Source: Octopus sinensis (taxonomy: Eukaryota). From it: a DNA stretch of 64,000 bases. The translations under genes and the position numbers were made by a program. Below are positions 12,240 to 26,010 of the stretch, piece by piece. The notes beneath the pieces were generated by a model, which saw only the letters and a program-made list of their open reading frames with translations, made no database searches and was not told the DNA's origin. Each line of letters opens with the position of its first letter. Positions within the stretch are counted from its first letter, which is position 1. The DNA lies in contig NC_043005.1 of the NCBI RefSeq assembly GCF_006345805.1, positions 105,524,001 to 105,588,000 of the forward strand, read 5' to 3'.

Positions 12240-13100
12240 ACTGCTCTCCATGGTAGCTGCGTCAGCTACTCTCACAAGTTATACTGGGAAACAAAAGTAT
12301 CACAAAAATATAAAGTAACCTGAAGGTACCTCAAAACTGCAGAAAGATTCGAACGCAATATACAAGTGGGCTGACGAAAACAACACGCTGCTTCAATGCC
12401 GGCAAGTCTTAAGCACTTAGCTATCGGACGACAGAAGAATTGCAATCAGAAAATGCAGGACTAAGGGGTTTTCTAATCCCAGAGGAAGAGTGGGTGCGTG
12501 ACTTGAGAATCCAAATGAGTGTCGATGCATCGTTACGTGGGCATATTTCTAAGATGGAAACAATGTGTAGGCGACTGATTGTTTGCTTTCAGACATAATT
12601 CAGACTATGTAACAAAGAAACCATATTGCATCTATGGAGAAAATTTGTGCTCAGCAGCCTAGATTACTGCTCCTAATTATGATTATCAAAAACTGTCAAG
12701 TGAACGACAGAACTATATCAAGAAGATTGCCTCAGTACAACAGATGGACTATTGGGAGAGTTTAAAAGAGCTGAAGACGCGAAAGATATGCAATAATATA
12801 TATATATGGAAATCCTGGAAGGTCTAGTATCCAACTTTGTGATTGGAATCTACAGCAATCACTTGATTGAACACCATTATCTCCAAAGTTACAATACAGT
12901 AAGAGCTAAGGATTTGAAGAGCACAGTCTTTCAATACATTGTGAAAAGGCCCCAATAATCTACAAGGTTCAGATGAGCAAATGTTCAAATGGCAGTTGAA
13001 TAACTTTTTATCCCGTGTAACGGATAAGCCTACTTCACGGCAAGACACGCAAAGAAGAGCAGCTCTGTTCAGCTCACTGTGACATCAAGAGTGATCCCAG
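12240..13100 (+). mobile_element. Decayed CR1-like LINE, RT C-terminal half
   Basis: Fragments AIYKWADENN, VRDLRIQMSVDAS, LDYCS, DYWESLKELK and FKWQLNNFLSRVTDKPTSRQ. Homologous to the younger piece at 26011-26390. Confidence 0.8.
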
Positions 13101-13336
13101 CGACGGACCGGAGAGATAGTCTAAAATAAACACACATTAGCGCTAATGGTGATGCCACAGCCTCTGGTTGAATTGAAGCTGATCATAGCATGAGAGGATA
13201 TGTACGTGTATGTGTATATATGTGTGTCTGTATGTATGTGTGTATGTATATATATATATATATAATATATATATATACACAAACATATTATATATATATA
13301 TATATTATATATATATATATACACAACATATATATA

Positions 13337-13381
<45 letters not shown>

Positions 13382-14205
13382 AACATTATATATATATATA
13401 TATATACCTATATATATATACACATATACATATACATAATTAATAGCAACAGAAGAAATATTAATATCAAAAAGAAGTATTTATTCCCACTTACGTGTGG
13501 ATGTTCTATTAGAACACAAAATACTGCGTTACTTACCCCGAGAGAACTTATTATATGGACATGTGGTGCATCACTAGCGATATAAACGCGAGTGTTTATA
13601 TGCTCTACAACGTAAAGGAATCGGGTTTTGAATCCGGGCAGGCACCTTACATGCACTCTAGAATAATCCAGGTCCTGACTAGCCAGATCGAATCGTATGG
13701 GACAATGGCAATTTGTGTAAGGTTATGAATTATACGAGAGAATAATATATCCTCAAAACCTTGTTTGCTCCAGTATGATACAACGCATTCGCTTTAAATT
13801 TCTGTCTGACACGTGTTTCTACTGCGTAGACATCCTAAGATGTGGCATCCAGTTGTATCCTTGTTGATTCAGTTGCATTATAAGTTTATGCAGGGTATAC
13901 ATATCCATGCAGCTTTATTCAGGGTGTTCACTTCAAAAACCTATAGTGGCAACTTCTTCAATAAATCTGCATTGATACGCAGAGTCTGCTTGAATTTATA
14001 ATGTAATTTAAGCCAAGAGGAAGCAAGCGAATGCCATATTTCAGTATATCTATGCAGTAGAAACACGTGTCGGACTCAGATCTAAAGTGAATGTATTGTA
14101 TATAATGCTGTGGTAAACAAGCTTTTGAAGATGTATAAATTCTTCGTTCTTATTTTTTGATGTCTTGAAGATATACTTGTGCGCGTGTGTGTTTGTATGT
14201 ATATC

Positions 14206-14236
<31 letters not shown>

Positions 14237-14588
14237 TGTATATATGTACGTATGTATGTATACACACACACACACGCACACTTACACATAGATACAAGCG
14301 GCTGATTGTGAAGGAGAAGAAAAACGAGTAGTGTGTGTGTGTGTGTGTATGTGCGTGCGTAAGTACACCATATTGTTTTTTATTTTGTCCTGGTTCCAGT
14401 ATTATTCTTCTGTTCTCTTCACCATATCAGTTATCTGTATGTATGTATGTATGCATGTATGTATGTATGTATGTATGTATGTATGTATGTATGTATGTAT
14501 GTATGTATATGTGTGTGTGTGTATGCATGTTTATGTGTATGCATGAAATAAAACCACGAAATGTATTGCTAATACTTTGGTGAACACT

Positions 14589-14805
14589 AAGGCGGTGTGG
14601 TGGCGGAATCATTACCGCGCCGGACCAAATGCTCAGCGACATTTCTTCTGACTTTACGTTTCAAGTTCAAACTACGCCTGGGGGCGACTTTGTCTCATCC
14701 TTTCGAGGCCAATAGAATAAGTACCACGTTGACACTGGGATCGATCAAATCGATTTCTTCCCCCACCCACGAAATTGTTGGTCTTGTGCCAACAATTGAG
14801 ATCAA
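14589..14805 (+). mobile_element. SINE family C, old copy
   Basis: AAGGCGG..TGGCGGAATCATTA head, CAAGTTCAAACT B-box and TCATCCTTTCGAGG core. Confidence 0.75.
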
Positions 14806-15639
14806 TATTTTGGTAAACGCTAATAAAACACGTGGATACATGTATCTATTTAAGGTGATCAATTGCCCTCACCTGAAGCACCTCTACCTACCTGTCTTTC
14901 GTTCATACACACACACAAGCGCATGCACACAGGTGTTTCTCTATTTCTACAGCTACTTATCTATCTGTTGTATATATGCGTGTATAATAAATATATGCCT
15001 GTATGTATATGTGTGTATACTTCCTTGATCACACACACACGCACGCACACACACATGCACTCATCGATCTCCTCAGTTCGGTAGGGATTACAAAGTTTAT
15101 GGGACCTAATTCCCCGCCTCCCCCGCCACTTTCAATGGCAAGCAATTAATGATAAGCAAGACTTATATTTGTTTTAATATATCGTATGTGTGTGCGTGTG
15201 TGTTCTATTGGCATACATACACACACACGCTATACACTTAAACGTAAATAGGCATACACAATATATGCACACACATATACATAATATACATATTAATACG
15301 AATACATGCACAAAGCACATTCAGAGTATATACATACAACTATACACACACACACACACATACACACACACACATACACACAAACACACTAGTATAATGC
15401 ATTCACGCAATATAGATGCACGACACACATACATACACACACAAATACAAGGCACGCATACAATATACAATACATATACAATACACATACAGAGTATACA
15501 CACAGTGTACACATACGCATACAATATATACATAGATATTACAGACCCCCCCACACACACATATTCATATGAAAACACATAAACCAATGTCCCATATAAG
15601 GAAACAATGAGATGCACTTTTGATAGAGAAGCTGCCACC

Positions 15640-16350
15640 GCCGCCACCACCACCACCACCACCACCACCACCGTCACCACCACCACACCACCACCACCAC
15701 CACCACCGCCACACCACCACCACCACCGCCACCACCGCCACCACCACCACCACCACCGCCACCACCACCACCACCACCACCACCACCACCACCACCACCA
15801 CCACCACCACCACCGAAACAACAACAATAGTATCAAGATCAACGATACCACCTCACCACTACCACCACCACACCACCACCACCGCCGCCGCCACCACGAC
15901 GACGACCACCACCACCATCGCCGCCACCACCAAGAAGGACAAGTACAGAATTATCACTGCCACCTTCAGTCTTCGAGAAAGACTTGTACGCAATCCCTGA
16001 AAACTGCCGGAAATGGTCGTCAGAAATGCTTACCTACAAAAGTCAGAAATTGGAGACATTCGATGATGTGGTCCCTTTTTTATCCCTAAAGAGGCAGGTC
16101 GCGAGACTGGAGTTTATTCGATTTTAGAGAAACCCCGAATACACCACCGCCGCCGCCGCCACCACCACCACACCACCACCACCACCACCACCGCTGACAC
16201 ACCCGCCGCCGCCACCACCACCACCACCGCTGATACACCTGCCGCTTCCGCCACCAGCACCACCACTGCTGCCTCCACCGCCATCACCGCCACCGCTGCC
16301 ACCGCATTCGCCATTCCCCCACCACCAGCCGCCACTCTGCACTGCTATTA
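15640..16350. repeat. (CAC/CCA/CCG)n trinucleotide tract interrupted by about 200 bp of complex sequence
   Basis: Directly visible; it produces the poly-H, poly-P and poly-T ORFs. Confidence 0.95.
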
Positions 16351-18105
16351 TTATAATCACCACCGGTCACAATAACAACAACAATGTCACACGCTTCCGT
16401 TGTTGTTGTCGTTGTCCCCAGTGTTGTTGTTGATGTTGTTGTTGACATTGAAGTAGATGACAAATAAGAAACTCGGTGAGACGATTTAAAATTATGAAAG
16501 CTGATTAAATATAGGGACTGAGGTGGAAGAATCGATAGCAATTGATTGATTTTTATTGTCTTCCTCTTTCTTTCTCTCTCATTTCGTGTGTAATATGATG
16601 TGTGCAATTTAGTATATTGATTTATCAAAGATCGATATTGTCGAGTGGCAACATGGTCGACTGGTTCGAGATTTCAAGGCTAAACATATAGGTACCGTGA
16701 TCGAATCTAACTGCCGTGTTTACCAGTGTATTTCTTGAAATGTTGTTTTCGGTAAGTATTACAGCAGGTATTTCACTTTGCTGATTTGGAATACATGTAC
16801 CGACTTTGTAAGGTAAAGTACCAAATAAAGTATTCATAAATCAGGGCAGAACAAAATATCGCAAGGGACATCGTTAGAAAAGCAAAGACTTTTTTTTTAT
16901 TTCTCTGATATTTATGATTTTTACCCTTCACTAATATACATCGATGAAAGACCCCAATCCCCCGCACATGCATCCACACACACACATTAATAAATACTTT
17001 AGCACAATATAACATGGATAAGAAACCAAAGATCAATTTTAAGTAGTTAAAATTATCTAATTTATCTAATTTTCTATAGTAATTTACGCCTCTTGACCCA
17101 TTTTCTGTTGCCTTCATTATCAAGTTTTTGTGAATGAAGAATTGGTGGTTTCTCTCTGCTATTTTCTTTCGTTCCTCAGTACCAACCACACTTTCCCAAC
17201 GCATCTCTCGTGTACTCCAAGATAGATCTCCTGCGAATGTCATAGGAACTTATTTATTCTAATGACGTCACACGGACTTATTTTATTCTAAGAATTGTAT
17301 TGTATTTTCATTGTTTTATGCTACTGCAGACCGTCACCAGTTTTCTTAGACTTTCATCTACCAAGCTACCCTGAAAATGGCCTGTGGGGTTGTTAGAATA
17401 TCTTCAAAATATGAACGTACGATATATTGACTTGTAAGGAATCACCTTCGACAGTTTGAGACAAAAAAAAAAAAATGATGCAGATTTAAGTAGAACGATG
17501 TATTTCTACCGAGGATATTACAGAAAATTGAACGTAAACATGGAAGAAATACCGCTAAGCATTTTGTCCGGCGTGATAACGATTCTGCCAGCTTGCAGCC
17601 GTGATCTCAGGGAAGATATTGATAGTTAACGTTCATCTAAAATTGTCATAGAAGACAGATTTTAGCACAATAAAATATGTATGACTGGTCTTTTGTTGCA
17701 AATGATGTTCCATCTGAGGGAAGGAAACCTGTAGAGAATAAAAACCTGACAGACGAGCAAGAATTAGACGCCTTTTATTTATTAAAAGTCCCACGTTACT
17801 GATGCAATTTAAGGAAGATTCTTACCAGGAGGTAGTCGCTATTACCATGGCATCACAAATCCTTTGTTTCTACTTCATCAGCGCCTTCTAATTAACTGTG
17901 GGCTCTAAGAGGATTGGTTATATCAATACCAACTTATCAATCGATTTAGAATGATCGTAAGTCACTTGTTCGACATATGTTTGTCATTAACATGATACGT
18001 TGAATAGTGTGGCCCCAGATACACTGTAAATCGAGATAAATTTGAATTTTCCTTTTCAAGTTTTTACAACTTAAACTAGAACAGTTCATACCATTATTTC
18101 TCGTG

Positions 18106-18838
18106 ACGGTGAGCAGGAAGAATCGTTAGCACGCCGGGCGAAATGCCTAGCGGTATTTCGTCTGCCGCTACGTTCTGAGTTCAAATTCCGTCGAGGTCGA
18201 CTTTGCCTTTCATCCTTTCGGGGTCGATTAAATAAGTACCAGTTACGCACTGGGGTCGATATAATCGACTTAATCCGTTTGTCTGTCCTTGATTGTCCTC
18301 TCTGTGTTTAGCCCCTTGTGGTTAGTAAAGAAATAGGTATTTCGTCTGCCGCTACGTTCTGAGTTCAAATTCCGTCGAGGTCGACTTTGTCTTTCATCCT
18401 TTCGGGATCGATTAAATAAGTACCAGTTACGCACTGGGGTCGATATAATCGACTTAATCCGTTTGTCTGTCCTTGATTGTCCTCTCTGTCTTTAGCCCCT
18501 TTTGTGGGTAGTAAAGAAATAGGCATTTCGTCCGTCTTTTTGTTCTGAGTTCAAATTCGGCCGAGGCCGACTTTGCCTTTCATCCTTTCGGGGTCGATAA
18601 ATTAAATACTTGTTATACACTGGGGTCGATGTAATCGGCTAGGCCCCCCTCCTCTTAAATTTCATGCCTTGTGCCTTTAGTAGAAATGATTATAATTTCT
18701 CGTGGCTTAAGGTCGACTTTACTTTTCAAACTTTTGGGGTCGATGAAATAGACACCAGTTGCGCGCAATGGAGTGGATTTAATCGAATAGCCCCACCCCT
18801 CAAATTAGATGCCTTGTGCCAGTAACAGAAAGGTCTAT
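18106..18838 (+). mobile_element. Nested/tandem SINE family C array
   Basis: A head is followed by two units of about 185 bp (junctions AAAGAAATA|GG at 18335/6 and 18521/2), then an older-subfamily body and a further fragment. ATTTCTCGTG-like repeats flank the blocks. Confidence 0.9.
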
Positions 18839-19251
18839 TTCTCATGGCCTTCCTGCTTAGGCAGCGGGATGGTATCATTGGAAACCCACAACGGAAGGAA
18901 GCGCATCGTGACCGGTGATGTATAGCAACATCCGATAGTCTGGTCGATTCAGTGATGCAGTGATTATTTCCGATATAATTTGTCTCTCAGCGCACCTTCA
19001 ATTTTTGGATGCTTCCCCACCAAAAGTGTGCACCTCTAAATTAAAAGTAACCATCTAGGTTGAGAGTTACTCTTCTATACAATAAACACAGTTTTCTGTA
19101 TAAAATTATTACAAAAATATATAGAAACATATTTAAACTAAACAATTTCAAAACAAAATTCTTTGATTGATTGAACGGTCTGCTCGGAATAGTAGGCAAA
19201 TCTACCTGAAATTACCCTGTAGTACCTTTGAAAAGGAAGGGTAGGTTAGAT

Positions 19252-19438
19252 CAATGCTCCACAACCTTTTTACACACGAGGCACATATATAATTTTTTCA
19301 AAATTCGGCGGCACACTAAACTAAAAGATATAACTAAAAGTATAGGGACGGAAGTTACGTTCAGGTTAGACTACGGCACACCTAGCATCATCTCGTGGCA
19401 CAACCAGTGTGACACGGCATACTGACTGCGGAGAACTG
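19252..19438. mobile_element. Degenerate hAT-type MITE
   Basis: Ends CAATGCTCCACAACC / ..CTGCGGAGAACTG (about 10/15 inverted match) with internal GGCACAC motifs. No TSD recovered. Confidence 0.4.
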
Positions 19439-19551
19439 ACTTTTATAATGGGGCCCTACACAAACGATTACAGATAAAAACACGGGGTTATCACTAATAG
19501 AATGCTTTTTAATCAAAGGTTTCCTCAATCAGAATTGACCTACAGATAAGC

Positions 19552-19583
<32 letters not shown>

Positions 19584-19973
19584 AGAATAAACAATAACAT
19601 AAACAACAATAACTGCATGAAATAATTTCCAGTATTTATTTCATATTTCGCTGTGGTTTTCTGAACATAACGAAGTATTTTTTGTTAAAACTGAAGTTTA
19701 AGGCAATATAGTTAAGGTTACTAGTTCTCTGGGTGTAGGCCTGGAAGGGGTTAATATCCACATCTGAATCGGCGCACTTCTTCTTGATTTACAACTGTAT
19801 AGTGTAAGAGTAGAGCAACTGTATAAACACACACACACACAAACTAATATCAGATGAATCTTGTTTAACGTATTGTGTATCAGTTATTGATTAGAATTAA
19901 TTCCCATCTTATTATCAATATATTCTCTTCTACCATAAATATTTTACATCACGGAAAACAAAAAAAAAAGAAG

Positions 19974-20012
<39 letters not shown>

Positions 20013-20742
20013 TATAGGGGGAGAGGCATTCGGATCCAGAGAATGCCATGAAATGAAATCCATTACTTTGTAGCATCGTTTGAATTTGATGTAAAACATT
20101 TATTGATAACACCTTATCAATTCACTGATATGGTACCAAACATCTGCAGCTAACTACTGCCTCATTTCTACTATACTCTTTCCCACTCCCTCCCCCTCTC
20201 TCTCTTTATAATACATATACACATATATATGTATGTATAAATATATATATATCAACATATCTCGCTTTCTTTGCAATTATTTTATAGATTATAAATTAAG
20301 ACATCCAGTTCCCACAAGACTCCTTCCCGCAGAGAACTTTACGTATATGCATACATGTGTGTATATACGTATGTTATATGTACGCATACGCATACATTTG
20401 TATATACACACGTAGATACATATAATCATATACAAATACATAGATATATACGCATACACAGGCATACGCACACGTATAGGCGTGGAAATGTACAAGTATA
20501 TAGCATAAATTAAGATATCTGCATTCGTATAGAAAACAAATGAAGGCGTAAATATGCGCACGCGTACATTGTGTCAGTATATATTACAAAGCAAAGGATA
20601 TATATTGACTTAAGACATGTATGTGCCGGTGTGTATGGAAGAATGAATGTATATGCGTGTGTATGTATGTGCATGTCTATCTATATATCATCTATCTACT
20701 CTACTATCTATCTATCTATCTATCTATCTATCATCTATCATA

Positions 20743-20843
<101 letters not shown>

Positions 20844-20849
20844 GCTCTC

Positions 20850-21224
20850 TCTCTCTCTCTCTCTCTATATATAATATATATATATATATATAATATTATA
20901 AATATATAGATATATATATATATATAATATAAATAATATTATACTACTTATCATATATATATATATATATAAATTATATATGTATATTAAGATATATATA
21001 TATTACTATTAGTATATATACAAAACTTATATATATATTAATAATATATATATATATATATATATATAAATATTAATGTATTATGTATATATGTATTATA
21101 TAGATATATTATATCTATATTAATATATATATATATATATATACTATATTATATCTATCTATCTAAATATAATCTATCTATCGATATATATAGATATCTA
21201 TCTATAGTATATGCAATATATATA

Positions 21225-21271
<47 letters not shown>

Positions 21272-21304
21272 ATATAAAGTATATATATATATATATATCA
21301 TATA

Positions 21305-21347
<43 letters not shown>

Positions 21348-21400
21348 TCTATATTATATATATATATATATAATTATATATAAATGTGTGTGGTGTGTGT
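20850..21400. repeat. Long degenerate (AT)n microsatellite field
   Basis: Directly visible. Comparable AT/TATG fields lie at 13240-13430, 25285-25680, 34120-34520, 36830-37165, 38400-40260, 56480-56800 and 57970-58387. Confidence 0.97.
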
Positions 21401-21986
21401 GTGTGAGAAGAGAGAGAGAGGAAAGAGAAAGATACATATATACGTTGTGCATAGTATATATATATATTTATATTCATTACAAAAAAGCGTGAGAGAGAGA
21501 AGGAGATAGGGAGATTGTGGACATATTTACAAGGGTATGAATGTGTGTGTGTGTGTCTGTGAATCTGTGTGACTATGTATACGTATACGTACAAGCAAAC
21601 ACCTACACAAGCAGAGGCAACTGAAAGACACACACAGATATAGGTTTCGTTTCATTTGCCATTTGATATGGGACAGATTGGGGAAAGATAACTCAGTTAA
21701 TCGCGCCCTTTGAGGAAAACAAGAACTATAGCTAAAAGAAGGCAAACAATAACTCCCTGACCCACCCACCTACCCTGAAAATGCAACAACAACAACACCG
21801 ATTCAAAACAACAGCAACGACAACTAGCAGGAAGATAAAAACAATCAGAAGACCAACACGGTAAATGTGTATAAAGGCAATAAAAACCAAATTTGGACAA
21901 TGTATTAGTTTGAAATAGGCCCAAAACAAACAGAATTTCTTTCTCTTCAGAGCTGACATGGAAGCGTTTAGTATTGGTACCTTGCC

Positions 21987-22030
<44 letters not shown>

Positions 22031-22388
22031 CAGAGAGAGGATATTACAAGAGACAGGAAATGGTGTGGTAAATAACGAATATACACATATACCTATACAC
22101 ACATATAATTATGTATCTAATTAATTACACCCTGTCATCCTGCATGCGCTCACAACATATGTATACATTTCAATATGTGTGTGTGTTGTGTGTGTGTGTG
22201 TGTGTTTGTTCACTTTTTTAAAACTATTTTTAATCGGCAGAAAGTTACAAAAGAGAATCAAGTTTCGTACGTGTCACTTATCAAACTGATTTCAATTGTG
22301 GGAGCTTCTTTATTATAAACTAATTCTTATAAATTAATAAATTGAAGGTCACATAAAAATTGTGCATTTTTCAGTCAACCCCTCAAAC

Positions 22389-22699
22389 CAGGTTTTCTCA
22401 ACCATTTTTTACCTAGGGACCCCTTTGATTATTATTTTATTCTGGTGGATCCCCATAGCCATTCATTGTTTCAAAGTTAGAAGCTTCTTCTTGTGAAGTT
22501 GAATGAACTATGTCGGATACTAGAGAAAAAAAACTTAGCTGTTTCTTGCAATACATGCCAATGCATACATCTAAAACAAAAGTTTTTAGGGGCCCTTAGT
22601 ACACTAAGCTGGATTCCCAATTTATTATTTTGCTGTATGAACCTCCAGGAATCTTTTATGGATCCCAGGGACCATGCGGACCCCGGTTGAGAACCACTG
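22389..22699. mobile_element. hAT (Charlie-type) MITE with 8-bp TSD
   Basis: 15-bp TIRs CAGGTTTTCTCAACC / GGTTGAGAACCACTG (12/15). Flanks CCTCAAAC (22381-22388) and CCTTAAAC (22700-22707) match at 7/8. Confidence 0.85.
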
Positions 22700-22753
22700 C
22701 CTTAAACAAAATAAAGTAACCCGTTAATCAAAAGGAGAGAAAATGCTGTAAAG

Positions 22754-24560
22754 CTGGGGTGTCACACTCAATCGCACTGGAGACCAAAACTCAAAGCACA
22801 CTTTAGGCCGCGGGCTAAACAGGATAAACATTTATTAAACAGACTAAAACCTTTTGAACGTGTCTTGAAACATATGGTATATGATTTTATTACAAAAATA
22901 AATTAACTTGAATTAAATTACTTAAAATATTTTGCTCTGCATAAAAATATCTCCTGTCAAAATTATAAAAATTCAAGACAAGAACATGCTGCAAAACAAA
23001 AAGGTAAATATAAATAAAAAATGTGTTTTTAAGTGAAAATTAAAATAATAAATGAAAACTTTCAATTTTCTTTATGCAATTTTGTCCCAGATGCATACTT
23101 GGCATCTTTTTTTGGCAACGAGTTCATTGATGTTTGGGGCAGGGTTCTGTGTTGTTGAGACACACAGGATGGATTGCAGGTGTTCATCTGTGAGAGGACT
23201 CCTATGTGATGTTTTATTCATCTTCATCACAGTGAACAGCTGCTCGCACGGATATATGCTTCCAAACAAAGACAGAGTTCGAACTGCATGTAAACGGAGC
23301 GGGGGAATTGCTTCTGGTATGAAGCGAGTGAAATGTGCGGGACCCACACGAGTCGTACTTTGCTTTTAATGTCCAATTACACTTTGAATCTGTACAGGTG
23401 CAGATTTCTCATCAAAAGCAAATGAATTGCGAAGCAGCTCGAAATTATTTTCCTGTGCTTCAAAGTCACTAAAAGCGCCGTGCGAATTCAGTGTGGAGCG
23501 CACTCAGTTTATCAGAAAAGTGTTGATTTGGGAACACCGTGGCGTGAGACAAATTCAATTAGTGAATTTGTGTCTCCCATAAGCGCAGCTTCACTTGAAA
23601 TGCCTTCACTGCGTCCTACATATTACAGATCATGCGCACAGCGTTTCCTGGTGAATAATGCAGTGATATGTTGCCAACTCACCAGCGCAGTTCTCTTCTT
23701 GCATCTTTAAAGTATCCTTCCCACTAGTTCACTTTTATCATCGCACTTCGCCGGTGCTCCATCTGTTGTAAGTCCAACAAGTTTGTCTTAAGGCGGTTTC
23801 ATGTCGGTTACAGGTCCTTTCCTGTTGTTGTCCCGTGCATCGATTTAATGTCCAAAATTTCCCCCATGACGAACAAATTGGAGTCCACTCCACGGATGAA
23901 GACAGCCAGCTGTGCCGTATCAGTCGCGTCTGTAGTCTCATCCACAGCAAGAGAGTATGCAACAAAACCTTTTCCTGTTTCAATCGTGTTTTCAAATCAG
24001 CGGCCATCTCACACACCCGATCAGTAACTGTATTTATGCTAATACTCACATTAGCATACAGTTGCTTCTTGTCTGGACACAAAACGTCACACATTTTCAT
24101 CACGCAGCTCTTCACAAACTCTCCTTCGGTAAATGGTCGGATTGGTTTTGCGATCTCTTCTGTCACAATAAAACTTGCTTAAACAGCAGCTTTACTCAAT
24201 GATTTTGCTTTGGTTAAAAACTTCTGTTGTAATGTGAGATTCCTCTTCAACTCTTCTATCTTTCGTTGCTTCTGCTCAGCAGTGAGGTATTTATACTTGT
24301 CCTGGTGTTTTGTCTCGTAATTGTGTTTGAGATTATACTCTTCAAGTACAGCAACATATGCACCACAATTAACACGCACGGGTTTGCCATCAATGTCAGT
24401 AAACATGTACTCGGTTTCCCACCGGATTTGAAAGGTTCTGTTTCCAGCATCGGCTTTTCTCTTGGCCATTGATAATAGAAAGCTACAACTACCGAATGAC
24501 GTCACGTAAAAATGATGCCCCGAAAAGGCGGTGAGGCGGCTGTTGCGGTGCATTATGGGA
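22754..24560 (-). mobile_element. hAT Buster/Charlie-type transposase pseudogene (GTF2IRD2-like), one TIR retained
   Basis: Minus strand reads MAKRKADAGNRTFQIRWETEYMF.., SLAVDETTD (D1), LTTDGAPA (D2), YHCIIHQET (CxxH) and CEQLF (E), ending KKRCQV. Frameshifts and an internal deletion after HQETLCA. TIR-like CTGGGGTGTCACACTCA at 22754. Confidence 0.93.
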
Positions 24561-25396
24561 TTAGTAGGTTTTGCTTCATCAGCACTTCACAACACTCGAT
24601 TAGAGAATCGGAGGCGTTTCCCAGCAAGCTTTGTTACGGTTACAATTAAGACTTGTGACTGTGTTATCATACCTCTTTAATGTGTCTTTTTTTGTCCAGA
24701 CAAATGTATATTTGGCGTCAGGAGCCCATGTTACACATGAACAAAGTTATATGAGTAAAAGAAATAACTACATCCCTGTACATACGCACACATGCTATAT
24801 ATGTAATCATACAAACACACACACATATGTCTGTATTTAATAATCTATAAATTGCTGCTTACAGAGAACTGTATTTACTTCAATTATTTGAATAATTAAA
24901 ATATTCATACATATGATTAGAACGTTGGCAACTGTTATAAATAGTGGGACAATTATAAGTCAACAAATGAGATTTTGAAATATTAACTCGAGTTGGAATT
25001 TCCACAAATAGTTGCTTTATCTAGTTAAAAAGATCTTAAGGAGTGGACTGAATTTGGAAAAATGCTGTATTGTAATGGAAAGAAACTCACGACGCAGTTG
25101 GGGCAAGCTAGCTATTAATTTATATAAATGATTTTTTGTACCTTTGTGCCACGTGATGTGGTAAGCTGAAAAGTAGTAAACGGAAAGCAATTTCTGGCTA
25201 CTAATCTCAATACACTACAAACTTTACTTTAATAATTTTGTTTAATTTCATTCAACAACTGTTCAGTATACACAACCATGCTCCTGTACTTATATATATG
25301 TATGTATATGTATGTATGTATATATGTATGTATGTATATGTATGTATGTATATATATATATGTATGTATATATAGTATGTATATATATATGTATGT

Positions 25397-25441
<45 letters not shown>

Positions 25442-25462
25442 GTTATATATATGTATGTATGT

Positions 25463-25494
<32 letters not shown>

Positions 25495-25679
25495 GTATGT
25501 ATATATGTATGTATATGTATATATATATGTATGTATATATGTATGTATATGTATATATATATGTATGTATATATGTATGTATATGTATATATATATGTAT
25601 GTATATGTATATATATATGTATGTATATATGTATGTATATGTATATATGTATGTATATATATACATATATATATATATG

Positions 25680-25990
25680 TACCGGAGTAGGCACATGAAT
25701 GTTAAACAAGGTGGAAAAGAGAGTACTCAAATACCAAAGGTAGAGTAATATGCTTTATTTAAAAGCGGCTATAGAAGTATATATGATATGTTTATTTTGT
25801 TTATCGCATGCTTAAGACCGTTATTTGAAAGGACCAATGAACCAAATCCATTTTTAAAGGTGTATCCCTTAACTAGTTTTGATCATATCCTTATTTCTGT
25901 TCTGTTTTAACAAAATTGTCCGACGAACGGGAACGTGAAACTTTGAGTAACAGCTTTTGTTATATTTCTGGTGCTTTTAAGTAAAGTATA
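25680..25990 (+). mobile_element. Hammerhead-bearing short element with 5' inversion (Penelope-like/retrozyme-like)
   Basis: Lies between (TA)n tracts. Hammerhead at 25912-25957. ATGCTTTATTTAAAAGC (25751-25767) is an inverted copy of GCTTTTAAGTAAAGTAT (25973-25989). Confidence 0.6.
25912..25957 (+). ncRNA. Minimal type I hammerhead ribozyme, U4C core variant
   Basis: AAAATTGT-CCGACGA-ACG(GGAA)CGT-GAAA-CT(TTG)AGT-A-ACAGCTTT. Stem II is capped by a GNRA loop, stem III is short, the cleavage triplet is GUA (H17 = 25949), and stem I pairs at 7/8. The core is CCGACGA instead of CTGANGA. Confidence 0.75.
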
Positions 25991-26010
25991 TATATATATA
26001 TATATATATA

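Noticed and set aside
17845-17890. CTGATGA-AGTA-GAAA with a good stem III on the minus strand
   Set aside because: No stem II, H17 would be G (not allowed), and stem I does not pair.
18152-18700. Regularly spaced repeats superficially like a CRISPR array
   Set aside because: The units are ~185-bp SINE bodies without unique spacers, in a eukaryotic context with no cas genes.
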